Source: a virus (lineage: Duplodnaviria > Caudoviricetes). From it: a DNA stretch of 36,450 nucleotides. Each line of letters starts with the position of its first letter. The first letter of the stretch is position 1. Below are positions 9,344-18,079 of this stretch, one piece after another. Location of the stretch: IMG/VR virus record IMGVR_UViG_3300040985_000910, positions 1 through 36,450 of that record, one strand, 5' to 3'. Below the pieces are notes generated by a model. That model searched no databases, was not told the DNA's origin, and worked only from the letters and a program-made list of their open reading frames with translations. The position numbers and the translations under genes are program-made.

Positions 9344-11440
9344 ATGGCCTGGAAATCAATAAGCGGCACAGTCCCACAGTACGAGGTTGGCGGCATTCCC
9401 GCATCTGGATATTACCTGAAGTTCTACGCTGCAGGCACAACCACGGCTATCGTGATGGCTATCGATGAAACAGGGTCCACGACTCTGGCGAAAGCGCAGT
9501 TAAACTCAGAAGGATTCCCGATTAACGGGTCATCTGCTGTATTTATCCCGCACATCAATCGCAGGTACAAACTTGCTTTGTATACGAATGCCATTGATGC
9601 AGACGCGGATACTCTGGGTAATGCTGCGTGGGTTGTTGATCTGCTCTCGGCAGAAGATCACGATAATGTGGCCACATATGATCTCGGGTCTGAGGCTGCA
9701 GCGGCGTCACATACCGGTGTTTCTACCGGGTCCCTTATCAAAACAGATTATTACGACACCAACCGGACGCTAAACTCGGGCGGCGATTTTAGCTACACCG
9801 GCACGACGACATTGGGCAAGGCGACCAACTGGCCCGATACCGATGGCTATTTCTATGACGCTGATGGGAAGCAGTTTGCGCTTATTGGTACGGCATCCCC
9901 TAAACAATTTGGCGCTGTTGGCGGGGGAGCTACTGCTACGGCTGCAGTATTAGCTACTTTTGCAGGCTCGAAATTTGTAGTTATTGATGACCACTATGCT
10001 ATTGAAGACGATTACATTCAATTGACTCAGACTACAACTGTGACATGGAATGGAGACGGTAAAATCGAGCAAAAAGGGTTCGCCTATCCTGGATTCCATG
10101 TGAAAGCTCCTGCTTGCACGATGATCGGAAGGGCGCATGTAACGAACACAGGCACCCCGGCCACGATAAGCGCGTCAGTAGTCCCTGAAATAACAGCTGA
10201 TTACAAGCAAACTAGCGCGGCGTTTATATTGCAAGGTACGGCAGTTACGACCACGCGAGCAGACTACTTTTCGTTTGACGTTATCCGTGCAGAGGGGTTT
10301 GTGAATGGGGTAACTTTTGTCGGCTCTAACGTGGGAACGAACAAGACATTCAATACTTCAGGGGCATTATTAGATGTTGATGATGTAGATTTTGGCATTT
10401 TCGGCGCTGGATTTAATGGTGTTGATATCGAGACAGTTAGCGGAACCAACCTAAGAAACAGCCAAAATGAGCCAGAGCATTTAATCTACACTACAGGGTC
10501 GGTCGCAAGTAGAAGCGCAGGGTTAAGGATTGGTAAAGCGGTAGTTGACGTGATCGAATTCGGGACACATGCCTTACTTATTAAGGGAACCGACAATTTC
10601 AATTTTGGTTATGTAAGAGCGTCAAATACGGCAGGGATAGTTGCAGTGTTTTGGTCTACCGGTGTATTCAATACTATACTTGGGACTTTATCGCCTGTTG
10701 CCGGTGACGCATCTGACGTCAACCGGTCGGGGATTATAATAAGTGAGACTTCTAGCGTTGATATACTTGAATCGCCAATTGTCACTAGCACCACAGCAGG
10801 GGTGATGTTCCAGGTGGACGTAACTTCTACCGTTACCTGCTACGGCTTCGATGGCACAATAGATAATGCGGCGCCGACAAATCCTGTAAAATGCAGAGGG
10901 GGGGCTACATTAACGCTACTGAATCGCCCAAAAATAACCTATACACAAACTCAACCCGCGCTGCCTCACTCCGCATTTCTTGGCGAAGGCACTGATACCA
11001 TCTTCAATCTGGAAGATCCTGAATGTGCATCTGACAGAGTGGTTAGAATGACCATGACCGGAACGGGGGATTACACGCTCAAGCTGAACCCAGATTTGTA
11101 CCCTTACAGTCGGCAGGAGTTCGTAGCAACTACCATCGTAGCTAAAGCTCAGTTTGGCGGGTACATGCAGGGGACCGCTACCATTGTGGATGGTGACGTT
11201 GTCCCTAAGATTAGAGCGCATAATGTACTTACCACAAGTAACTCAACCGCCAAATCCATAACGGCATTTGTCAATGGTAATGAAAATCAGAAATTTCTGG
11301 TGAAGGCGGGTGACGCAAATACTACGCTAGTGCATGGTGCTACCATCGTCATGCAAGGAGCCGCCAATCTAACGCCAGGTTGGATATGGGCTGAGTTCGT
11401 GTATATAAATGACGTTTCTTACGAAATAGCGAATGGGTGA
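9344..11440 (+). CDS. Tailspike / receptor-binding protein (N-terminal particle-binding domain, probable beta-helix)
   Basis: N-terminal GYYLKFYAAGTTT...LNSEGFP; SPKQFGAVG beta-helix cap motif; RBS agagga. Confidence 0.8.
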   Translation: MAWKSISGTVPQYEVGGIPASGYYLKFYAAGTTTAIVMAIDETGSTTLAKAQLNSEGFPINGSSAVFIPHINRRYKLALYTNAIDADADTLGNAAWVVDLLSAEDHDNVATYDLGSEAAAASHTGVSTGSLIKTDYYDTNRTLNSGGDFSYTGTTTLGKATNWPDTDGYFYDADGKQFALIGTASPKQFGAVGGGATATAAVLATFAGSKFVVIDDHYAIEDDYIQLTQTTTVTWNGDGKIEQKGFAYPGFHVKAPACTMIGRAHVTNTGTPATISASVVPEITADYKQTSAAFILQGTAVTTTRADYFSFDVIRAEGFVNGVTFVGSNVGTNKTFNTSGALLDVDDVDFGIFGAGFNGVDIETVSGTNLRNSQNEPEHLIYTTGSVASRSAGLRIGKAVVDVIEFGTHALLIKGTDNFNFGYVRASNTAGIVAVFWSTGVFNTILGTLSPVAGDASDVNRSGIIISETSSVDILESPIVTSTTAGVMFQVDVTSTVTCYGFDGTIDNAAPTNPVKCRGGATLTLLNRPKITYTQTQPALPHSAFLGEGTDTIFNLEDPECASDRVVRMTMTGTGDYTLKLNPDLYPYSRQEFVATTIVAKAQFGGYMQGTATIVDGDVVPKIRAHNVLTTSNSTAKSITAFVNGNENQKFLVKAGDANTTLVHGATIVMQGAANLTPGWIWAEFVYINDVSYEIANG

Positions 11441-11546
11441 TCGAAGGAACGCCCGTTCATTTGTCGGCGCACAACTTGCGTAGTCGCTCGTTCTGGAAGA
11501 CTACAGGAAATTGGAAGCGGAGATCGATCATCATGAATACTAGGCC

Positions 11547-11800
11547 ATGAAGGCCTACTTTGTACTCTACGCCTACAAAATACCGATAATATTCTCAATA
11601 CTGGTGCTGTCAGGTTGCGCCACAATACCTGACGAAACTCAGGCAACACATCCGCCATTCGGATTGATAGAAATCTGCCAGCGTAGTGCAGCACAGTACG
11701 CCGACGATCATCCGAACGCGATCCACAACGACCCTATGTGCCTCGAGGCAATGCAACGATGGACCGACTGGACAGAATAAATCGCCAGGTTAACAAGTTG
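11547..11800 (+). pseudogene. Lipoprotein; probable truncated and frameshifted transglutaminase-like cysteine peptidase (C93/BTLCP-like)
   Basis: Lipobox VLSGC; PPFG.IEICQR; a shifted frame from 11759 gives LDRINRQVN; no catalytic part follows. Confidence 0.45.
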
Positions 11801-11857
11801 GTGCTTTGAGACAAAGGCATTGGCCTCAGATAAGGATATTGGCGTAAGGCTAATCAT
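11801..11857 (-). pseudogene. N-terminal fragment of an XF1762-family-like protein
   Basis: MISLTPISLSEANAFVSKH matches the family N-terminus as I recall it, then breaks before the HRHH motif. Confidence 0.55.
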
Positions 11858-12058
11858 GTGCATCCATAGGTCAGCTTCCTTCGCTTCCTTTGTACGGTTT
11901 AATAGCGGCTCTGATCTCCGCCGCATTGCGTACTTGGCACTTGCCAAGGGTGTAATAACGAGCCCCCCTCGTAGTTGCCGTGGAATTACTCGCGCACCCA
12001 CCACGGCTAGGCTTTGCTAGGAGTTAGGATTCTCCCTTCTGCGCTTTCGCGTTGTCGA

Positions 12059-12262
12059 TCATTCCTCCACCCCGCTAAAGTCCACCTTCAAAGTAAAGTC
12101 TATCCACTGAATTGGGTTCTCGTCATGGTTCTCCGAGAAGTCTAGCTCTACCCACATGTTATCCTCTCGACCTTCCATGATAGCCTTGTTAAATTCCCTC
12201 GCTGCCTTGCTCACCGACGCATAGTGCTTGCGAAATCTTGCAATGTCTGCTCTTTCACTCAT
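12059..12262 (-). CDS. Hypothetical early protein
   Basis: 67 aa; purine-rich leader; coupled genes on the early arm. Confidence 0.6.
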   Translation of the reverse strand: MSERADIARFRKHYASVSKAAREFNKAIMEGREDNMWVELDFSENHDENPIQWIDFTLKVDFSGVEE

Positions 12263-12368
12263 CTTCCACCCCGCTATAAATCTTCAACGTGAGTTCTTCC
12301 GCATTCTCTGCCCACTCATAAAAGTCTCTAATCGCGTTTCGACTATTGCCAACACCTTCCAGATATTC
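12255..12368 (-). pseudogene. C-terminal fragment of a DUF5675 paralogue
   Basis: LEGVGNSRNAIRDFYEWAENAEELTLKIYSG is 18/31 identical to the end of the 24337..24738 product; in-frame stop just upstream. Confidence 0.75.
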
Positions 12369-12597
12369 CCGCTAACTCCGCTTCCAGTTTGGTCAGCCTT
12401 GCCACTGCTTGATCTCGCTCCCGCTGAACTGCTGAATACTCAGAGGGGTAAATCATTTTATCAAGTTCCGCCTCCAGTTCGGCTATGCGCTTCTCTATCG
12501 CCCACCATTCGTTAGTGAATATTCTCACGTTACCAGTGTCGGCAATGGCGGCGGCTATTCCGTCTATGATGTCTGATACAGGTATCTCATCGCTCAT
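12343..12597 (-). CDS. Hypothetical coiled-coil early protein (3' end probably chimeric)
   Basis: RIAELEAEL...LTKLEAEL; RBS aaggtg. Confidence 0.6.
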   Translation of the reverse strand: MSDEIPVSDIIDGIAAAIADTGNVRIFTNEWWAIEKRIAELEAELDKMIYPSEYSAVQRERDQAVARLTKLEAELAGISGRCWQ

Positions 12598-12672
12598 AGG
12601 TCACCTTGTTGTAGTGTTTCCGTAAAGTTCTCTCACTTCGGTACCCTGACAGTAGCAGGAGTATTAGTATTC

Positions 12673-12804
12673 TCACTTGCAAGCCCTCGCTTTCATTATT
12701 CGGTATGCCTCTGCCTCACGTTCTAATACAAACATCGCTATAAGCCTCTCGTCCTGGAAAACCCACCACGGTGCTCTGCCTGATATGTGGCGGATGTGGA
12801 TCAT
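12673..12804 (-). CDS. Small hypothetical protein (43 aa, MIHIRHISGRAPWWVF...)
   Basis: Manual translation; TGATG overlap with the SSB-like gene. Confidence 0.45.
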   Translation of the reverse strand: MIHIRHISGRAPWWVFQDERLIAMFVLEREAEAYRIMKARACK

Positions 12805-13067
12805 CAGAAGGGGATCGAAGAGTCGTCACCAGAAGGCGCTGATTGTTGTGGCGATTGCTGCTTAGGCTCCCAGTTATCTATTGCCGCGTAAACCTTACCT
12901 GCCCTGGACTCCTTCACATCCGCGTTAATCCACTCCCCCGACTGTCGCTCAAGCCACTGGATAAGTTCCTCGCGCTTAATCGAGAGCTTCAGCAGTACGA
13001 AGTCTGGGGCGTTGGGGTGAGGCTTCTTGATTATGAGGCCGTCAATAAATTGTGTGTTATCGCTCAT
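12804..13067 (-). CDS. Putative single-stranded DNA-binding protein
   Basis: Acidic DDSSIPF tail; follows the exonuclease. Confidence 0.65.
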   Translation of the reverse strand: MSDNTQFIDGLIIKKPHPNAPDFVLLKLSIKREELIQWLERQSGEWINADVKESRAGKVYAAIDNWEPKQQSPQQSAPSGDDSSIPF

Positions 13068-13708
13068 ACAATCTCCATGTATTTACTGGTTTGAATTGTG
13101 TCTCTGGTTTCTATTACCAACTCCTCGAACTCAAGGGTCCGGCTAAGGATCTGTGCAACCTCGTCATTCACTGTTGACCTATGCACTCGGAATACAAATA
13201 AGCGTTTATCAGAAGGAAAGCCTGAACAGTAGCTAATGAAATCCAACCACTCCCTCTCAGTTAGCATAAGGTTCCCGATACATTGCCACTTGTACGTAGG
13301 GTCTAATCCTTGCCGTTTTACCCTTGCGTAGTGAACAGAGGGGATTGCAGACTTGATCTCAATCAACCCCTGCTCACCGACAAGCCCGTCAGGTGAACAG
13401 CCTAGAAAGCCCCCATCTGTAAAGAATCCTCCAGGGGCTACATCACAAAACGTTTCATCTTCGTACAACGCTCTGGCTATCGGTTCCTCTGAAATACCCC
13501 TTTCCATGTGGTCGTTCGTGTAATCGCTTTCCTGTGACTTGCCGGTAATCTGTTCTAGCGCGATACGTACAGCTAACTGTTTGGCAGGCTCACCAAATGC
13601 CTTGCCGTAGTTCGCCATGACTTTGCCCAGATTGCTGAATGTCAGCTTTCCAGAACGGACTTGAAACCACTCCGGCGTACCTTGCTCCCCGTCCCAGAAA
13701 TCAATCAC
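13064..13708 (-). CDS. YqaJ/lambda-exonuclease family nuclease
   Basis: QGTPEW..R.G, CSPDGL, EIK, Q motifs. Confidence 0.92.
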   Translation of the reverse strand: MIDFWDGEQGTPEWFQVRSGKLTFSNLGKVMANYGKAFGEPAKQLAVRIALEQITGKSQESDYTNDHMERGISEEPIARALYEDETFCDVAPGGFFTDGGFLGCSPDGLVGEQGLIEIKSAIPSVHYARVKRQGLDPTYKWQCIGNLMLTEREWLDFISYCSGFPSDKRLFVFRVHRSTVNDEVAQILSRTLEFEELVIETRDTIQTSKYMEIV

Positions 13709-14204
13709 ATTCCGCCCTCAGTTGGGATTGATGCGATTCTGACATATCCGCTTTCTCTAAAACCTTCTCAAGATTCCCATCACGCATGTAAGCAGCCTTT
13801 GCCCCGTCCCATAGCTTGGAATCCTCTGGCGTCACAACGCGCCTAGAGGCCCGTGGCGGCTCTGGACTGATCCGTAGACCCTCTACAGTATCTCGACCGA
13901 AACGCACGTTAGAATCGACGTACAGGGACACAGGGAGGTCGTTCCAGTCCTCTATAAAGTGTGAGCCGGTTAAGTCCCGTACTACCCGCGAATTGTGCGC
14001 GTTCAGGATCATAGGCTTTAACACCTCGCCTTTGCGTATCTCTTTCTCAACGAAATAGGCTGTATTGAAATAGTCCTTGGTTTTCTTCGTCTGGTCCTGC
14101 TCTAGCCGTACATGGCTGATAGTCAATACTGTACTGCCAACGATGTCTGCAGCACTCAGGTAGGGCGAGTTAAACGCCTTTCGGTAGTGTGTCTTTTCTT
14201 CCAT
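13701..14204 (-). CDS. Putative recombination/ssDNA-annealing partner protein
   Basis: Directly upstream of the exonuclease; KTHYRKAFNSPYL, KPMILN, GLRI motifs common in phage recombination modules. Confidence 0.5.
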   Translation of the reverse strand: MEEKTHYRKAFNSPYLSAADIVGSTVLTISHVRLEQDQTKKTKDYFNTAYFVEKEIRKGEVLKPMILNAHNSRVVRDLTGSHFIEDWNDLPVSLYVDSNVRFGRDTVEGLRISPEPPRASRRVVTPEDSKLWDGAKAAYMRDGNLEKVLEKADMSESHQSQLRAECD

Positions 14205-14325
14205 CTGACTTCTCCGTTAATCTCTTTGTTTCGCGTTTACGCCACGCTACCTCTTTGGGGCTGAATACTGCTTTCAGGTAGTTGTCTAGCCCTGTGTATA
14301 GCCTGCCGTGGTAGAGGTATCTCAA
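14170..14325 (-). CDS. Small hypothetical protein (51 aa, TTG start)
   Basis: Manual translation fills the gap between neighbouring genes; overlaps the upstream stop. Confidence 0.3.
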   Translation of the reverse strand: MRYLYHGRLYTGLDNYLKAVFSPKEVAWRKRETKRLTEKSDGRKDTLPKGV

Positions 14326-14492
14326 GACACCACCTTCAGGCTTCTGGTGTGTTCCAACTGCTCCAGTTTCCTGCCTCTGGCTACCCCAAGGTTGTAGGCT
14401 ATGGTCATTAACTGCCGGTCCAAAGTATCTTTGGTCTCAAGGTCTAGCTTGTAGATTTCCTCAAGTTGCTTTCTGTCGTCTGGGTTAATCAT
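14322..14492 (-). CDS. Hypothetical early protein (MINPDDRKQLEE...)
   Basis: ggagg RBS with ATGA overlap at 14489-14492. Confidence 0.6.
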   Translation of the reverse strand: MINPDDRKQLEEIYKLDLETKDTLDRQLMTIAYNLGVARGRKLEQLEHTRSLKVVS

Positions 14493-14710
14493 TCCTCCCA
14501 CCCCGCGTACTCCTCCCAGAGATACCACGTTGCTTCCTCTATCCGGTCTATGTTCTTGAACATCTCAACCATGTTCTCAGGTGTAGCCCACTGCTTCAGG
14601 AATCTGGCTTGTCGGGCCAGTTCCTCAGCGTCTGCCGCGTCGTCTTTGGCGTCTTCCAGATAACCCGCTTTGCGGTAGGCGTCTTTGAGGATTTGCGTCA
14701 TTATGCTCAT
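14489..14710 (-). CDS. Small acidic early protein, paralogue B (73 aa)
   Basis: 45/68 aa identical to 18080..18334; internal ATG of ORF 14489..15055. Confidence 0.8.
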   Translation of the reverse strand: MSIMTQILKDAYRKAGYLEDAKDDAADAEELARQARFLKQWATPENMVEMFKNIDRIEEATWYLWEEYAGWEE

Positions 14711-15055
14711 GCTTCCATCCCTATAATTGTGTCGGCTATTGCTCATGGCAACTCCAGCCTCCCCGTTTTTAGCAGGAGAAACATTATCAGCAATCAATTT
14801 TAATGCATCCCTTTCAGCTTCGATTGATTCTTTCTCTTGGCGGAGTTTATTGTACTTGGCAAGACCATCATCAAGCCGACTATTTAGCGTATCTCGTTCC
14901 GCCTTAAGCGCACGATAAGCCTCCGCGCTGATCGCTGTGTGAGAGTTTTGTTCAATATCATCACCACACCACAAAGCGGCTGCCCGAGGGACTGATAACA
15001 CAGCATAGTGCGCCTTGATTGCTGCACAGTTATCATCTTTCCAAGAGTCATTCAT
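14711..15055 (-). pseudogene. Remnant of a genomic-island hypothetical gene, internally deleted and in frame with the phage gene
   Basis: W..DNCAAIKAHY..VPRAAALWCG joined directly to DDIEQNSHTAISAEAYRAL; I recall these as the N- and C-proximal parts of a longer island protein. Confidence 0.45.
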
Positions 15056-15130
15056 TACGTAATAACCATTTGGAAAAGTACCGGTTTAAGTGGTGCGCTG
15101 CCATTACCTTAAATTCCCTGGAGTGCTGCT

Positions 15131-16420
15131 TTAGTATAAATCCTTCACAATGACTTGGCCGCTCATTAGCATCGGGAGAAGCCAGTCTCTTAGCTTCCCC
15201 AATTCATTGTTCTCTCTAGAATTAACCAAAACCTTATCGATTATGGGCTTCAAAGAAGTTGAAAAATCTATGAGGACTTCTTTTCCCGGATTAATTACCT
15301 TTATCGCCGAAAAGTCACCTTTATTCATGTTGGCAAAAGTGTTTCCTGATTTTGCTTTAGCAAACCTAAAATAATCTTTTATATAGAAGTACAAGAAATA
15401 TCGATTTTCAAATTCACTGCATACAACCGTATTTAACTGCTGATTGGTTTGCGCACTCTCTGTCGCAAAACCAACAAGACCCGGAGATGCTATACAAGTT
15501 ACGCATATCGCACCTTCTGGTATATATTTATTCGCTTGAGAGTCAGCACCAACATCAGATAGTGTCATTTCTGTCTCAGTTATATGCATATTGCCTCGAA
15601 CATCCCCAATGCAAATAAAGGGTACTCGACCATTGAAATTCTCTAGCTTTTTCGTCGATGGCGTTTTTCCTGTGACGATATTTGACTCAATCTCACCAAG
15701 ATCGCTATCACCCCACCCAGCAGGAATTTCACGCTTTAGGGTTTCGTTGTAGACCATTTTCCCGCCCGATGATTTGTAGGGCTTGCCGTTGGCATCGGGG
15801 AAGTCAAACTGCACAAACCAATAGTCGTAGATGAGCTTGGCCATCGCTTCCAGCTCTGCATTGATTTTGTTATTGAGTTCTATTTTTTGGTCAATTAGGG
15901 CGAAGACGTTGGCAATTTTCTTTTGGTCATCAATAGTATCTGGAATGGAAATTGGCAGAGACTTTATTATGCCTAAGTTAATCAGAGGAACTGTGCTTCC
16001 AGTATTGCGGTTCAGAATTGCTTTGAAAATCCATGGGCTTGCCAACCAATAGTAAATATACTTAGGGTCAGCTTTTGTAGAATCGACGCGAAATCTTAAT
16101 TGTTTATTTGATATTACATATCTGTCGTATTTAGCATTTTCAGGAATAATCCCCACTTGCCCTATGGTTCCTGCCGCAGTGAATAGAATATCGCCTTTGA
16201 TTGCATCAGACTTGAGTTCATCAGCCTTTTCTTTCGTTAAAAAGGCAAAACCTTCATCATTGAATTTTTTAAAGTCAGTTGTAAGGTTGTTGCCCCTAAT
16301 TATGGGGATTCCGCTATTTTGAAAAAAACGTTTTCCTATATTGCTGCCAAAAGGGCCTGAGATGATAGATCTACCAGGAGCCGCAAAATCCTTAAGCTGT
16401 CTACTTGTCTGATTATTCAT
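15131..16420 (-). CDS. hsdS: Type I restriction-modification specificity subunit
   Basis: Two TRDs (GPFGS..; TGKTPS..) with conserved regions EQ-like QKKIA..IDQKIELN..IN.ELE.MAKLIYDYWFVQFDFP and LRDWLLPMLM.GQ; AT-rich. Confidence 0.96.
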   Translation of the reverse strand: MNNQTSRQLKDFAAPGRSIISGPFGSNIGKRFFQNSGIPIIRGNNLTTDFKKFNDEGFAFLTKEKADELKSDAIKGDILFTAAGTIGQVGIIPENAKYDRYVISNKQLRFRVDSTKADPKYIYYWLASPWIFKAILNRNTGSTVPLINLGIIKSLPISIPDTIDDQKKIANVFALIDQKIELNNKINAELEAMAKLIYDYWFVQFDFPDANGKPYKSSGGKMVYNETLKREIPAGWGDSDLGEIESNIVTGKTPSTKKLENFNGRVPFICIGDVRGNMHITETEMTLSDVGADSQANKYIPEGAICVTCIASPGLVGFATESAQTNQQLNTVVCSEFENRYFLYFYIKDYFRFAKAKSGNTFANMNKGDFSAIKVINPGKEVLIDFSTSLKPIIDKVLVNSRENNELGKLRDWLLPMLMSGQVIVKDLY

Positions 16421-18047
16421 ACTTCAATCCTGCCAGCTGAGTTTTAATATCATCCTCAAGTTTGCGTGATTGTCTGAATAGATCATCCAGGTCATCTGAC
16501 ATGCTTTCAATCTCTGATGAAAACTTCTCTGGGGTAATATGCACATACTCAATCTTGACCTCAAAATACTGCCCCGCACTCAATGAATAGTTTTTAGTTT
16601 TTATATCCTCATAGCTCACCACCACTGAAAAATCATCCACCGCTTGTTTGTCATTGAAGGTGTCGATGATCTGCGCTTCGTCGGTTGGGCTTAACAGCGT
16701 TTTCTGGTTTTTACCTTCTTTGACTTTCTTACCCAGATTCGAGGCATCAACCAGCACCACATCTCCTTTGTTGGCTTTGTCGATGAATAGAATGGAGACA
16801 TTGGTGCCGGTATTGGCAAAGATGTTGGATGGCATGCTGACCACACCGGACAGCATCTTTTCATCCACCAGCTTCTGCCGGATTTTTTTGTCTATACCGC
16901 TTTGCGCAGTGATAAAGCCGGTTGGCACCACCACGGCAGCTTTGCCGTTATCTTTCAACGAAAAGATGATGTGTTGCAGAAACATCAGGTAGATGGCCAT
17001 CGATTCTTTCTTCTTGGCGGGCACTTTGGGGATACCGGCAAAATAGCGTTCGTGGTTTTCCTTGCTGTCCAGCTCTGCGCTGAAGTCTGAGAAGTCGAGC
17101 TTGAACGGCGGATTGGAAACGATGTAATCAAAGGTCTCCAGCTCACCATTCTCCTGCTTGTGGTAAGGCTCCAGAATGGTGTTTCCCTTGATGATGTTGT
17201 GGATGGAATGCACTAGATCATTAAGAATGAGATTGAGACGCAACAAGCCGGATGATTTTTGTGAAATATCCTGTGAATAGAGCGTGCATTTGTCTTCACC
17301 GATCTCATGGGCGAGATTCATTAACAGGCTGCCCGATCCGGCTGAGGGATCGTAGCAGGTGACGTTTTCAACTTTTCCCTTTTGACTGTTAGGCACCAAG
17401 CAACGCGCCATGACCTTGGAGACGGCGTGAGGCGTGAAATATTCGGCATATTTGCCGCCGCTATTGGTGTTGTAGTCCTTGATCAGGTATTCAAAGATCG
17501 TGGCATAGAAATCAAACTTCTCATGGAAGATATGCTCGAAGCTGAAACCGGTGAGTTTGTTGACAATGGCCTTACAGAATTCATCCCGCTGATCGGTGAT
17601 GTATTTGCTCAGATTCTCGAACAACACGATCTTTTCACCCCCATTGGTGAGCACCGAGAATATGTCGCTGTTCTCTCTGGCGATGTCGCTGAGCGTTGCA
17701 TCGAAAATATCGGCAAAGTTGGCCTCGTTCTGACGGGCAAATAAGGCGGATATTGTGTTGCCGGGGCTGATCACCGCCGTGCTCTCACTGAGCTGCATGA
17801 TGAGCATTTCATGGTCATCGGCACTCAGGGCCTTTAGCGCATCTTCCCAGTCGTCGGCCCCGGCGATGTTGTCATCAAGCTGCTTGATCTCGTGAACAAA
17901 TTTGTCGTTAAGGAACTTGTACAGAAACACCTGGGTGATGATCTTGAATTCGTTGCCATCGTTGCCCAGTCCATAGTTGGCGCAGACGCTTTTCAGGTCA
18001 TCAATCAGGGCTTTAGTTTGTTGCGTGAATTGTTGGGTATCGTTCAT
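16413..18047 (-). CDS. hsdM: Type I restriction-modification N6-adenine methyltransferase subunit
   Basis: EYFTP, DPSAGSGSLL (motif I), NPPF (motif IV); 8-nt overlap with hsdS. Confidence 0.97.
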   Translation of the reverse strand: MNDTQQFTQQTKALIDDLKSVCANYGLGNDGNEFKIITQVFLYKFLNDKFVHEIKQLDDNIAGADDWEDALKALSADDHEMLIMQLSESTAVISPGNTISALFARQNEANFADIFDATLSDIARENSDIFSVLTNGGEKIVLFENLSKYITDQRDEFCKAIVNKLTGFSFEHIFHEKFDFYATIFEYLIKDYNTNSGGKYAEYFTPHAVSKVMARCLVPNSQKGKVENVTCYDPSAGSGSLLMNLAHEIGEDKCTLYSQDISQKSSGLLRLNLILNDLVHSIHNIIKGNTILEPYHKQENGELETFDYIVSNPPFKLDFSDFSAELDSKENHERYFAGIPKVPAKKKESMAIYLMFLQHIIFSLKDNGKAAVVVPTGFITAQSGIDKKIRQKLVDEKMLSGVVSMPSNIFANTGTNVSILFIDKANKGDVVLVDASNLGKKVKEGKNQKTLLSPTDEAQIIDTFNDKQAVDDFSVVVSYEDIKTKNYSLSAGQYFEVKIEYVHITPEKFSSEIESMSDDLDDLFRQSRKLEDDIKTQLAGLKYE

Positions 18048-18079
18048 TCAGTTCTCGTCTGGGTCATCACAAGCCGCGT

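Noticed and set aside
11708-12004. 98-aa minus-strand ORF as a real gene
   Set aside because: It is a composite of a hairpin-rich leader, a 19-aa gene fragment and the antisense of the lipoprotein gene.
15131-18047. Complete type I R-M defence system or phase-variable hsdS shufflon
   Set aside because: There is no hsdR beyond about 16 codons, only one hsdS, and no recombinase or flanking inverted repeats were seen.
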